Shown here: one piece after another, positions 1-9,350 of the stretch | Layout: the number at the start of each line of letters is the position of its first letter | How positions within the stretch are numbered: the first letter of the stretch is position 1 | Assembly: GCA_964406145.1 (NCBI GenBank) | Contig: CAYOQP010000001.1 | Span: 7,706 to 71,705 of the forward strand | Length of the DNA stretch: 64,000 nt | Origin: an uncultured Candidatus Saccharibacteria bacterium | GTDB lineage: Bacteria; Patescibacteriota; UBA1384; XYA2-FULL-43-10; 1-14-0-10-43-13 | Direction: 5' to 3' | The notes under the pieces: generated by a model | The model's input: the letters and a program-made list of their open reading frames with translations, nothing else | Told to the model about the DNA's origin: nothing | Databases searched by the model: none | Position numbers and translations under genes: made by a program

Positions 1-221
1 TTGATGCCAGTTGCTTCAATTTCCGTCATGACAATATTATAAATCTGCTCCAAACCAGCGTAATCGATCGCGCTCGGCGTCGTCTGAATCAAAATAAAAT
101 TATCTCGCCCTTTTACTCCAGCGCAAATACCCTTGGTCACTTCCAGATTAGCCGTATTGAAAGCAGGGATAGCATAGCCACCTTCTCGTGCTTTTTTCAG
201 TTCTTGTGCAACATTGATCAT
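1..221 (-). CDS. fba: Class II fructose-bisphosphate aldolase, N-terminal fragment; the gene runs off the window start
   Basis: Reverse-strand translation from the ATG at 219-221 gives MINVAQELKKAREGGYAIPAFNTANLEVTKG, the canonical class II aldolase N-terminus (YA.PAFN..N.E). It sits in the same glycolytic block as pgk. Confidence 0.7.
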   Translation of the reverse strand, partial: MINVAQELKKAREGGYAIPAFNTANLEVTKGICAGVKGRDNFILIQTTPSAIDYAGLEQIYNIVMTEIEATGI

Positions 222-234
222 ATTATTAATCTGA

Positions 235-1350
235 TTAATTTAAAGCTTCAATTCCTGGTAATTTCATGCCCGCCAAGAAATCTAGGGCCGCCCCACCACC
301 GGTGGAGAGAAAAGTAATTTTCTTATCCAATCCTTCTTCTTTGACAAATCCGACAGTATCACCACCAGCAATGACCGTGACTGCATCAGCTTCATTCATC
401 GCTTTGGCAACCGTGCTCATACCGCCCTGATAGCGAGGATCTTCACTATAGCCAAGACTACCGTTCCAAAAGATTGTTTTTGCTCCCCTTATTGCGATAG
501 CAAAGTTTGTTCTAGTCTGAGCGCCAATATCTAATATTTTAAATCCACCACTTTGTCCTAGCTCTTTGACACTATCAACAGGCAAAACAATTTTATCACT
601 AAATTTTTCAAGTATTTCTTTGCATTTATCTACCATCTCGGTGTCATAGACCGAGCCACCGACATCCTCGCCCTTAGCCTTAACAAAAGTATTGGCAACA
701 CCGCCACCAAGAAGAATTTTATCAGCCATAGGGGCAAGCTTATCGATCACGCCCGCCTTGTCCTTGACCTTGACGCCACCGATGACTAAGACAAATGGTT
801 TCTCGGGATTTTCTGTGATTTTGCTTAAGTTTTCGACCTCAGCTTGCATTAATAGTCCAGCATAGCTTGGAATAAATTTGGTAATTGCTTCGACCGAGGC
901 ATTGGCTCGGTGCGACACGGCGAAAGCATCATTGACATAGACACCAAGATCACCAGAAGAAGAGGTTGTCATATTGGCAAGCTCTTCGCCAAATTGAGAA
1001 TCGTTCTCTTCTTCGCGGGGGTCGAAACGCAGATTCTCAAGCATCATGATGCTTTCACTCAAGACATATTCCTTTTGCGGACTATCAAAATCATGACGAA
1101 TGTTCAATTGTTCTCCAAGACGATTTGCTACTGGCCAAAGACTATAGAGTAGATCTGTTTGTCCTTCTGGACGTCCCAGATGAGTCCCGATGATGATTCT
1201 GCCGCCCTTGTCTAGAATATATTTTATCGTTGGCAATACTGCCTTAATGCGGTTATCATCGGTAATCTCTCCGTCCGTCATTGGCACATTAAAATCAACG
1301 CGCAAAAACACGCGTTTTCCTTTTAGATCGGCTTCTTGTACTTTCCTCAT
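235..1350 (-). CDS. pgk: Phosphoglycerate kinase
   Basis: 371 aa. N-terminal RVDFNVP...IKA.LPTI and the full PGK architecture are present. A GGAGGG SD sits upstream. Confidence 0.95.
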   Translation of the reverse strand: MRKVQEADLKGKRVFLRVDFNVPMTDGEITDDNRIKAVLPTIKYILDKGGRIIIGTHLGRPEGQTDLLYSLWPVANRLGEQLNIRHDFDSPQKEYVLSESIMMLENLRFDPREEENDSQFGEELANMTTSSSGDLGVYVNDAFAVSHRANASVEAITKFIPSYAGLLMQAEVENLSKITENPEKPFVLVIGGVKVKDKAGVIDKLAPMADKILLGGGVANTFVKAKGEDVGGSVYDTEMVDKCKEILEKFSDKIVLPVDSVKELGQSGGFKILDIGAQTRTNFAIAIRGAKTIFWNGSLGYSEDPRYQGGMSTVAKAMNEADAVTVIAGGDTVGFVKEEGLDKKITFLSTGGGAALDFLAGMKLPGIEALN

Positions 1351-1419
1351 ATCCCTCCGAATATTTTCTTGATTTTATTGTACCACAAGAACAAGACTAA
1401 AAAAGGGGTTAGGGGCTCT

Positions 1420-1752
1420 TCATGGAGCCCCCTGTGCGCTGCCGACTTCTTTTTCGGTTCGTTCTTTTTCTTGCTGGATCTTTTTGAGTAGCTCCATCTT
1501 GATCTCATAATAGGCGTTATCTTCGAAGAAGAAATACCACGCCCAGATGAAACAAAAGAGCCAAGCAAGACTCGGAGACCTTTGGCAAAATGCGGCCCAG
1601 AGAGACCATAACCATGCCACAAGGACGACGATTCTCACAATCTTGTGAGAAATGGTGACTAGTTTCAGATCCAGTTCAGGCGGAATATGCATAACAGAAT
1701 TACCTCCAACGAAACATGTTATTGCTATACCACTTTTTAACATTATTCGCAA
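1420..1752 (-). CDS. Small hypothetical membrane protein, two predicted TM helices and a charged C-tail. The true start may be the internal MHIPPE.
   Basis: ORF in the 450-nt divergent region between pgk and hydB. Hydrophobic segments VVLVAWLWSLWAAF and LAWLFCFIWAWYFFF. Followed on its own strand by hairpin GGGGCTC-TTCATG-GAGCCCC (1411-1430) plus a T-run. Confidence 0.3.
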   Translation of the reverse strand: MRIMLKSGIAITCFVGGNSVMHIPPELDLKLVTISHKIVRIVVLVAWLWSLWAAFCQRSPSLAWLFCFIWAWYFFFEDNAYYEIKMELLKKIQQEKERTEKEVGSAQGAP

Positions 1753-1802
1753 CTTCTCTAATTAGTTCAAAAGGGATAAAATAGGATTATTATGGAGGGA
1801 AA

Positions 1803-2744
1803 TTGAACGCACGCATCAATGAACATCAGCTCAATCTAATTATTTCTTATATTCTGAATGAATTTGAAACTTTTGGTGTGCAAAAAAATGACGAGAAGAT
1901 TATGTTCGAATCGCTCAAGAAATCATCAGATTTTGTTATCTGGGCCGATAAACCAATCATCTCTTTTAAGAAAATCCTCTGGCCTAATGGACAGGAGATG
2001 GGTAAAAGAAATAACAGAAAAATTGCTTTTCTTGGCCTTGCTAACTGCGACGCAGAAGCACTCTCCAAATTTTTTCTAGAGTTTAATAAAACTGATTTAC
2101 TAATTGAAAGAAAAAATATTCTGGTCGTCACAACCAAGTGTAAGCCAGATGAGAATTGTTTCTGTCAAGCTTTTGGTAAAGTCAAATTTCAATATTCCGA
2201 TATTCACATCCAAAAAAATGGCCGCGATTTTGAGATCTTTGGGTTAACTCCAACTGGGAAAAGAATATTGGAGAATACCGGCGTCAAGAAAACATTGGGT
2301 CTCGAAATTGAAGAATTGCTCCCTCAGAATATCGAACAGATTGACAAAAATGAGTTATCAAACGAAATAGATAATAAGGAAAAATGGTCCGAATATTGGC
2401 AAGAAATTTCTGATAATTGTTTTGGCTGTGGCGCCTGCACCGCGGTTTGCCCGCTTTGTTTTTGCTTCCGACAAAATTCCAAGAATACCACGGATGGCAA
2501 ATGCAAAAATTGTCTAGAGTGGGACTCGTGTTTTTCGACAAGTTTTTCACAGATCCAACACCACTTTGATTTTCGACCAACCAACAAAGACCGCCTCTAC
2601 AATTGGTACCATCACAAATTCGATCGAGCATATTTTCAGAATAAACATTTCTTATGTACTGGTTGTGGTCGCTGCATCAAGGCCTGTCCGGCGCACCTTA
2701 ATCAATATCGAATAATTTCTCATTTGGTGAAAAAAAATGATTAA
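1803..2744 (+). CDS. hydB: Group 3b [NiFe] hydrogenase (sulfhydrogenase-type) beta subunit, Fe-S protein
   Basis: 313 aa. Two 4Fe-4S ferredoxin motifs, CFGCGACTAVCP and CTGCGRCIKACP, plus extra Cys clusters. First gene of a beta-gamma-delta-alpha operon. TTG start after GGAGGG. Confidence 0.65.
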   Translation: MNARINEHQLNLIISYILNEFETFGVQKNDEKIMFESLKKSSDFVIWADKPIISFKKILWPNGQEMGKRNNRKIAFLGLANCDAEALSKFFLEFNKTDLLIERKNILVVTTKCKPDENCFCQAFGKVKFQYSDIHIQKNGRDFEIFGLTPTGKRILENTGVKKTLGLEIEELLPQNIEQIDKNELSNEIDNKEKWSEYWQEISDNCFGCGACTAVCPLCFCFRQNSKNTTDGKCKNCLEWDSCFSTSFSQIQHHFDFRPTNKDRLYNWYHHKFDRAYFQNKHFLCTGCGRCIKACPAHLNQYRIISHLVKKND

Positions 2745-3543
2745 GAAAATAAATAATTTTGAATACCAAGAATATGAAATATTAGACAAAGAGGAGATTG
2801 CTCCGGAAACATTTTTGTTTAAATTAAAAGACAATATTCCTTTTAAGCCTGGGCAATTTGTCCAAGTCGCGATAGATCATTTTGGCGAAGCAACCTTTGC
2901 TATCTGTTCAAGTCCACATGAGAAAGAATATTTTGAGCTCTGTATTAGAAATTCCGGCAACACCTCCGGTCACCTAACGACTCTTCTGCCCGGAGACAAA
3001 ATGAAGATACGGGGACCATATGGCAATGGTTGGCCGATTGAGAAATTATTCGGAAAAGAAATTGTATTGATTGCTGGCGGTTTAGGATTGGTTCCCCTGC
3101 GTCCATTAATTTTTGCCCTTGAGAAAAGAAAGGTGAAGCTTGGGACAATAAAAATATTTGCCGGATTCAAGAGCCCCGAACAGGTCGTCTTCAAACAAGA
3201 TTTGCGTAATTGGATCAAGAAGTACCATGCTGATGTTGTCGTCGAGTACACTGAGAAGAATTTCTGGGGCGAGAAAGGCATGATCACCGAGGCACTAGAA
3301 AAAAGAAAATTAAATCCGAGCAGATCGATCGTCTTGATATGCGGACCAGAAATAATGTGTCCATATTGTAACGCCGTGTTATTCAAAAAAGGCATTGGGA
3401 AAGATCAGATTTACATCTCTTTAGAGCGAAGAATGGAATGTGGTATTGGTATCTGCCAGCATTGCAACTGCGGCAAACATTTAGTCTGTCAAGATGGTCC
3501 GATTTTTAGACTAGACAAAATCGAAAAAGAAATAGGCAAATAA
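2737..3543 (+). CDS. hydG: Hydrogenase gamma subunit, PyrK/AsrB-like FAD/NAD(P)-binding oxidoreductase with a C-terminal [2Fe-2S]
   Basis: 268 aa. Flavin reductase-like N-domain and a C-terminal CGIGICQHCNCGKHLVC cluster motif. Overlaps hydB by 8 nt. Confidence 0.75.
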   Translation: MIKKINNFEYQEYEILDKEEIAPETFLFKLKDNIPFKPGQFVQVAIDHFGEATFAICSSPHEKEYFELCIRNSGNTSGHLTTLLPGDKMKIRGPYGNGWPIEKLFGKEIVLIAGGLGLVPLRPLIFALEKRKVKLGTIKIFAGFKSPEQVVFKQDLRNWIKKYHADVVVEYTEKNFWGEKGMITEALEKRKLNPSRSIVLICGPEIMCPYCNAVLFKKGIGKDQIYISLERRMECGIGICQHCNCGKHLVCQDGPIFRLDKIEKEIGK

Positions 3544-4287
3544 ATGCAAAACAAAGAAACAATTAATGATTTTATACCCAAGAAAAAATTAGCTATTTTT
3601 TCCTTGACCTCTTGTGAAGGTTGTCAGTTCGAAATGCTAAGCTGTTATGAGGATTTTGAAAAAATCTTAAAATTTTATGACGTTGTAAATTTTCGTCTAG
3701 GTCAGGAAATAAATTTACCCGGACCATTTGATGTTTCAATAGTCGAAGGCAACCCCGATGGTGAAAAACAGGAAAAATTATTAAAAGAAATCCGCAAACA
3801 CACTAAATTAGTCATTGCTATAGGCGCTTGTGCTCACCTTGGCGGCATCCAATCAGAACGAAATCATCAACCCAAAAAACTTATAGATAAAGAAAAAACC
3901 AAAACAGTCGCCGACGTTATCAGGGTAGAATATATCATTCCTGGTTGCCCGATCAACAGATTTGAGCTTTATGATTGCTTAATGGACGTTTATTGGGGCA
4001 AAATTTTTCGTCTACCAGACCTAGCTGTTTGCTTCGAATGTCGTCAAAATGAAAATCCCTGCCTTTTGAAACAGAAAAAACTTTGTCTGGGACCAATTAC
4101 TCGAGCTGGATGCGATTCTGTCTGTGTCAACAGTGGTGAGGCCTGTCTGGGCTGTCGCGGCACGATTCCAAATCCGAACATCAAGAAGCTAAAACAAATT
4201 TTAGGAGCAAATTTTTCAGAAAAAGAGATTGATAATTTTATGACCATATACGGTACAAGTAAAGATTTAGAGGCAAATTTACAATGA
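3544..4287 (+). CDS. hydD: [NiFe] hydrogenase small (delta) subunit
   Basis: 247 aa. N-terminal LTSCEGCQFE proximal-cluster cysteines, then GACAHLGGI and GCPI motifs typical of NuoB-like or group 3 small subunits. Starts 1 nt after the hydG stop. Confidence 0.8.
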   Translation: MQNKETINDFIPKKKLAIFSLTSCEGCQFEMLSCYEDFEKILKFYDVVNFRLGQEINLPGPFDVSIVEGNPDGEKQEKLLKEIRKHTKLVIAIGACAHLGGIQSERNHQPKKLIDKEKTKTVADVIRVEYIIPGCPINRFELYDCLMDVYWGKIFRLPDLAVCFECRQNENPCLLKQKKLCLGPITRAGCDSVCVNSGEACLGCRGTIPNPNIKKLKQILGANFSEKEIDNFMTIYGTSKDLEANLQ

Positions 4288-5531
4288 ACGAAGCAGTCCC
4301 AAAAATTGAAGGCCACGCCGCTTTTTACTCTCATTTGAAGAATGGCCATGTTGATAAAGCCCAGCTAATTGGTTTAGAGAATGATCGTTTTGTCGAGAAA
4401 ATACTGTTTGGACGAAAATATTTTGAAGCCCCGATCATTACTTCACGTATCTGCGGAATATGTCCGACAATTCACAACATCACTTCAATAAAGGCGATCG
4501 AGGCGGCTTGCGGAATTGTGCCATCGTCTCAGACCAAGAAACTTCGAGAGCTAATGCTTTGTGGCCAGATGATACAAAGTCATTCTCTCCATCTCTACCT
4601 TTTAGTCGCGCCAGATTTTGTTGGAGCAAGCTCTTCATTTGAATTACAAAAAACTCATCCGGAATTATTCAAAAATGCCATCGAGCTAAAAAAATATGCT
4701 GACAAAATCATTGAAACAATCGGCGGACGAGCAGTCCATCCTATTGCCAGTGTCCCAGGCGGATTCAAGTCCTATCCAGAGAAAAAAGAACTGGAATTCT
4801 TAGCTGAATCAGCTAAACAGGTAGAAGAAATTGCCGCCAGAACTCTACGCCTTTTTGCTAGCTTTGGCTATCCGACAATAGAGCGAGAGATTATTTATAG
4901 CTCACTTCATTCAGATGGGGAATATGCTTTTTATGATGGAGATATTTGGACCTCGGCTGGCGACCTATTTAAGGCCGAGGAATATAACAGTTATATTTAC
5001 GAAGAGATTAAACCATACACTCATGCAAAGTTTGGGACTCTTAAGGGCAAGGAGATCATGGTTGGGGCAATGGCTAGATATAATCAAAACCACAGTCACT
5101 TCAATAGAAAAACCAAAGAAATTATTTCTGAATTAGGAATTGTTAACAAATTCGATAATCCATTCAATAATATTTTGGCCCAAGCAATCGAGAACTACTA
5201 TTTCGTTACTTTGTCTGCTGAAATTATTTCTAATTTATTGAAAAATGGCATTAAAAAAGAACATATTTTACCACCGAGAAGGTTCGGCATTGGGACTGGT
5301 GTCTGCGAAGCACCTCGTGGAACCTTGTTTCATCACTACGAGCTAGACGAGGAAGGCTTTATTACAAAATGTGATATTATCACACCAACGGTGCAAAGTT
5401 TGCCAGCCTTAGAACACGACATGAAGAAAATGGGGCCATTGCTCAAAGAGGCCGATACCGAAGAAAGAAACAGACTAATCGAAATGTTAATACGTGCTTA
5501 TGATCCTTGTATCACCTGCGCCACACACTAG
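4284..5531 (+). CDS. hydA: [NiFe] hydrogenase large (alpha) subunit, group 3b-like
   Basis: 415 aa. N-terminal Ni-binding L1 motif RICGICPTIH and C-terminal L5 motif DPCITCATH, after which the ORF stops. Overlaps hydD by 4 nt. Confidence 0.9.
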   Translation: MNEAVPKIEGHAAFYSHLKNGHVDKAQLIGLENDRFVEKILFGRKYFEAPIITSRICGICPTIHNITSIKAIEAACGIVPSSQTKKLRELMLCGQMIQSHSLHLYLLVAPDFVGASSSFELQKTHPELFKNAIELKKYADKIIETIGGRAVHPIASVPGGFKSYPEKKELEFLAESAKQVEEIAARTLRLFASFGYPTIEREIIYSSLHSDGEYAFYDGDIWTSAGDLFKAEEYNSYIYEEIKPYTHAKFGTLKGKEIMVGAMARYNQNHSHFNRKTKEIISELGIVNKFDNPFNNILAQAIENYYFVTLSAEIISNLLKNGIKKEHILPPRRFGIGTGVCEAPRGTLFHHYELDEEGFITKCDIITPTVQSLPALEHDMKKMGPLLKEADTEERNRLIEMLIRAYDPCITCATH

Positions 5532-5570
5532 GCTCTTTCAAATAATGTAAATCAGTAATAAAATATTTTT

Positions 5571-6455
5571 ATGAATGTTATCGAAATAACAAAATTAACA
5601 AAATATTATCTTGGCAAGAAAGTCTTGGGTATAAAGGATCTTAACCTTGAAGTTAAAGAAGGCGAAATTTTCGGTTTCATTGGTCCAAATGGTGCGGGCA
5701 AATCTACCACCATTAGACTTCTTCTAGATTTTATCCGGCCGACATCTGGAAATGCTAAAATATTTGGCCAGGATATTAATATCAAGTCAGTAGAAATTAA
5801 AAAACAGATCGGCTATTTGCCTGGAGAGATCTTCCTGGAAGACAATATAACAGGCAAAGAATGCCTAGATTACTACAAGGGCTTCAAAGAAAATGTTGAC
5901 GAAAAGTATCTCGATAGTTTAATAAAGCGTATGGGCCTAAGCCTGTCCAAGAAAGTCAGAGATTATTCGAAAGGAAATAAACAAAAACTGGCGATAATCT
6001 TGGCATTGATGCACAAACCGAAATTATTAATTCTTGACGAACCAACTAGCGGCCTTGATCCATTAAATCAACATGAATTTTTTGAAATTTTGAAAGAAAC
6101 AAAAAAAGAAGGCGTGACTACATTTCTGTCGACCCACATCCTTGATGAGGCTAATCGAATTTGTGATCGCGTCGGCATTATCAAATCAGGTAAGTTAATC
6201 GCTATTGAGGACATCGATGAATTTAGGACGAAGAATATTCGCGATATACATATCAAAACCTCCGAAACTATTCCCTCTTCAGTATTGAATACAGCCGGTA
6301 TTACTAAATCAGAGAAAACTGAAACGGGATATCACCTATCAATCGTCGGCCCAGATGCTCAAATCTTAAAAGAGATACTCAAATATTCAGTCGAAGATAT
6401 CGACATCGAAAAACCAACGCTAGAAGAGATATTTATTAGGTTTTACAAAGATTAA
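5571..6455 (+). CDS. ABC transporter ATP-binding protein (ABC-2 subfamily)
   Basis: Walker A GPNGAGKST, signature YSKGNKQKLAI, Walker B LLILDEPTSGLD. Confidence 0.85.
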   Translation: MNVIEITKLTKYYLGKKVLGIKDLNLEVKEGEIFGFIGPNGAGKSTTIRLLLDFIRPTSGNAKIFGQDINIKSVEIKKQIGYLPGEIFLEDNITGKECLDYYKGFKENVDEKYLDSLIKRMGLSLSKKVRDYSKGNKQKLAIILALMHKPKLLILDEPTSGLDPLNQHEFFEILKETKKEGVTTFLSTHILDEANRICDRVGIIKSGKLIAIEDIDEFRTKNIRDIHIKTSETIPSSVLNTAGITKSEKTETGYHLSIVGPDAQILKEILKYSVEDIDIEKPTLEEIFIRFYKD

Positions 6456-6456
6456 T

Positions 6457-7251
6457 ATGATCAACATCATAAAATACAATTTAAGAAAACAGTTTAAAAG
6501 CATCGCCATATACTTAGTCGCGCTGGTTGGATTTGCATTAATGTATATATCGCTATTTCCCTCTATGAAAAAGATCGACATCGAAGCGATGATGGCACAG
6601 ATGCCCAAAGAATTCTTAGGTTTTTTGGGGGAAGGTGGCGCTGCTAGCTACGGCAAGATTGAAGGATATCTCTCTGGTGAATTTTTTTCATTCTTCTTCA
6701 TACTCTTGGTTGGCTTTTATGTTTCCTCAGTAGCAGGATCAGCTATTGCCGGTAAAATTGAAAAAAGGGTAATGGATTTTGACCTCTCGCAACCAATTTC
6801 AAGATCAAAAAGGCTAATTTCTGAGACACTAGTTGCAATGTTTTATTCATTTATAATTGTCGGAGTTGTCTGTCTTTCGACTAAGTTATTGTGTCTAGCA
6901 TTTGATATATCGATATCAAGCAAAGGATTGTTATTTATGACAATTATTGGCACACTCTTCGCCTGGGCTCTATATGGGATAGCAATATTCATTTCAAGCA
7001 TCACGAGGTCCAAAATTGCAGTCTCTGGTATAACCGTATTCATCACGCTTGCCTCTTATATTTTCTACGCTTTATCACTTGCCGTTGAGAAAATAAAGGA
7101 TTATGGCAAATACAGTCTGTACAACTACTACGATCCACAAAAAATCCTCTCGAAATCAGAAATAAGCCCCGAACAATGTCTCGTCTTCCTTGCTATTTTT
7201 GCTGTAGGCACAGCAATGGCAATGATTATTTTTAACAAAAAAGATACATAA
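6457..7251 (+). CDS. ABC-2 type transporter permease
   Basis: 264 aa polytopic membrane protein, about 6 hydrophobic helices. Starts 2 nt after the ATPase stop. Confidence 0.6.
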   Translation: MINIIKYNLRKQFKSIAIYLVALVGFALMYISLFPSMKKIDIEAMMAQMPKEFLGFLGEGGAASYGKIEGYLSGEFFSFFFILLVGFYVSSVAGSAIAGKIEKRVMDFDLSQPISRSKRLISETLVAMFYSFIIVGVVCLSTKLLCLAFDISISSKGLLFMTIIGTLFAWALYGIAIFISSITRSKIAVSGITVFITLASYIFYALSLAVEKIKDYGKYSLYNYYDPQKILSKSEISPEQCLVFLAIFAVGTAMAMIIFNKKDT

Positions 7252-7284
7252 AAAAAAATAACCTCGAGAGAGGTCATTTTTTTA
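7252..7284. terminator. Bidirectional rho-independent terminator between the convergent ABC permease and hypC
   Basis: A-run, then hairpin ACCTC-GAGA-GAGGT (7261-7274), then TTTTTTT. Confidence 0.5.
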
Positions 7285-7303
7285 AAATATATTCTAACAG
7301 TAA

Positions 7304-7537
7304 TCAATCGTGTCGTTCACAAGCCATCTCTTCATGAGTCTTGATAAACTCTAGGTTTTCTTCGGCTTCTTTTTCCGAAATTTTAGACAGCGCTCGGCCA
7401 TCATGCATCAATATCCAATCTCCTTTCTTTACCTCGGGAGCCAAGGAAATGTCTGCGATATATTCTTTACCATCATATTTAAAATAAGCTTTTTGTTCTT
7501 CAATTTTAATAATTTTTCCGGGAATTGCCAAACACAT
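7304..7537 (-). CDS. hypC: [NiFe] hydrogenase maturation chaperone HypC/HupF
   Basis: 77 aa beginning MCLAIPGKI, the invariant HypC N-terminus. Its ATG directly abuts the gap stop codon (TAA-ATG junction at 7535-7540). Confidence 0.85.
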   Translation of the reverse strand: MCLAIPGKIIKIEEQKAYFKYDGKEYIADISLAPEVKKGDWILMHDGRALSKISEKEAEENLEFIKTHEEMACERHD

Positions 7538-8527
7538 TTATTTTTTGCCAATCAATTGTGCAAGATCAACTAATCTTTCGGAATAGCCCCACTCGTTGTC
7601 ATACCAAGCGATAACTTTGATCAAATTTCCGCCAACAACTTGAGTTAACGAAAGATCAACAATCGTAGAATTTTTATTGCCAAGCAAATCGCTAGAGACA
7701 ATCTGCTCATCAGTTGTGGCAAGTATTCCCATCATCTCTTCGTCTTCAGCGCCAACAAAAGCTTTATTAATCTCATCGACCGTAACTTCTTTCTTCAATA
7801 CTGCTGTAATATCAGCCAAAGAGACAACTGGAGTTGGAACTCTAACGGCTAAGCCATCAAATCGATCTTTCAAAGCAGGGATGGTTTTGAAAGCCGCCTT
7901 GGCCGCACCAGTAGAAGTCGGGACAATATTTAAAGCCGCCGCCCGAGCTCGACGCAAATCCTTGTGGGGACCATCAACCAAATTTTGGTCAGCAGTATAA
8001 GAATGAATTGTCGTCATTAAAGATTTCTCAATGCCAAATTTTTCTTCTATGACTTTCATGACGGGAGTTATGCAATTTGTCGTACAAGATGCGTTAGAAA
8101 CAATATCCTCACCAGCATATTTATCAGCATTGACACCGATTACATACATCGGCGTATCGTCCTTGGGTGGCGCTGACATGACAACTTTTTTTGCCCCTGC
8201 TTTGATATGAGATTTAGCATCTTCTTGCGTTAAGAAATGTCCAGTACATTCAAGTACAACATCAATACCAAGCTCTCGCCAAGGCAACTTGGCCGGCTCC
8301 TTCTCCGCATATGCATGAATTCTTTTTTTATCAATAATTATATCGTTCTCGTCGAAACCAACCTCGTGAGACCAGATCCCATAGGCAGTATCGTATTTCA
8401 AAAGATGGGCCAAGGTCTCTGTTTCTGTCAGATCATTAATGGCTACAAGCTCAAGATCTTTACGCTCATAAATAATTTTTGCGGCCGCGCGACCAATACG
8501 TCCAAAGCCATTGATAGCAATTTTCAT
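7538..8527 (-). CDS. gap: Glyceraldehyde-3-phosphate dehydrogenase (type I)
   Basis: 329 aa. NGFGRIGR NAD-binding motif and the SNASCTTNC active site. Confidence 0.95.
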   Translation of the reverse strand: MKIAINGFGRIGRAAAKIIYERKDLELVAINDLTETETLAHLLKYDTAYGIWSHEVGFDENDIIIDKKRIHAYAEKEPAKLPWRELGIDVVLECTGHFLTQEDAKSHIKAGAKKVVMSAPPKDDTPMYVIGVNADKYAGEDIVSNASCTTNCITPVMKVIEEKFGIEKSLMTTIHSYTADQNLVDGPHKDLRRARAAALNIVPTSTGAAKAAFKTIPALKDRFDGLAVRVPTPVVSLADITAVLKKEVTVDEINKAFVGAEDEEMMGILATTDEQIVSSDLLGNKNSTIVDLSLTQVVGGNLIKVIAWYDNEWGYSERLVDLAQLIGKK

Positions 8528-8536
8528 TTTTTCCTC

Positions 8537-9289
8537 TTAAGGTCTTAAACTTTTTGTTTCTGCCCAAATTTTACAAATTTTGATAAATTCAGCACTTCTA
8601 ACGCTGGCGCTTCCGACTAAGACACCGTCGATCTCCGGACGTCCTGCGTATTCCTTGATGTTAGCCGAACTAACGCTACCTCCATACAATATTGGGGTTT
8701 CGGAATGGACCAGCTCTCTTAATCTTACAATGGCTTTAGCCACGTATAACGGATCGGCATTCTCATGTTTAGTCGTTGAAGTTATGGCCCAGATAGGCTC
8801 ATAAGCCACAACAATATTGCGATAATATTTCTTAGGTACTCCTCGTAGAGCTTCTTCGAGCTCTTTGACTGGCTGATTGAAATTAGTACTTTTGGTCTTC
8901 TCGCCGACACAAATAATTGGCACAAGCCCTGCTTTTAGAGCCGCCAAAACTTTTTCATTAACCTCAATATTGGTCTCACCAAAGTGCTCTCTGCGCTCTG
9001 AATGGCCAACAATAACATAATCTGAAACTTCTTTGACCATCAAGGGCGAAATTTCACCTGTGTAGGCTCCATCTGGCTCATAGAACATATCTTGAGCGCC
9101 CAAAACAGTCTTCCCACCACGTTTCAAAATGTCAGCGATTTCCGTTAACCACAAAATTGGAGGACAAATTATCACCTCAATGTCTTTGAGATCGGCAACA
9201 TTGTTTCTGACAGCAGTTGCGATAACATGAGCGTCAGCAACGCTTGTTACATACATTTTCCAGTTAGCAACGATAATAGAGCGTTTCAT
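8537..9289 (-). CDS. tpiA: Triosephosphate isomerase
   Basis: 250 aa. ANWKM, GHSERR and AYEPIWAI motifs. Confidence 0.95.
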   Translation of the reverse strand: MKRSIIVANWKMYVTSVADAHVIATAVRNNVADLKDIEVIICPPILWLTEIADILKRGGKTVLGAQDMFYEPDGAYTGEISPLMVKEVSDYVIVGHSERREHFGETNIEVNEKVLAALKAGLVPIICVGEKTKSTNFNQPVKELEEALRGVPKKYYRNIVVAYEPIWAITSTTKHENADPLYVAKAIVRLRELVHSETPILYGGSVSSANIKEYAGRPEIDGVLVGSASVRSAEFIKICKIWAETKSLRP

Positions 9290-9350
9290 TTCCCTCCAAT
9301 ATTATATTTGATCCGCTTGCCATCATTATACAATTTGATTGCAAATTTGG

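Noticed and set aside
1347-1622. 91-aa basic minus-strand ORF overlapping pgk's start region and the 110-aa small ORF
   Set aside because: It overlaps better-supported ORFs and is Lys/Ser-rich low complexity. It is likely spurious.
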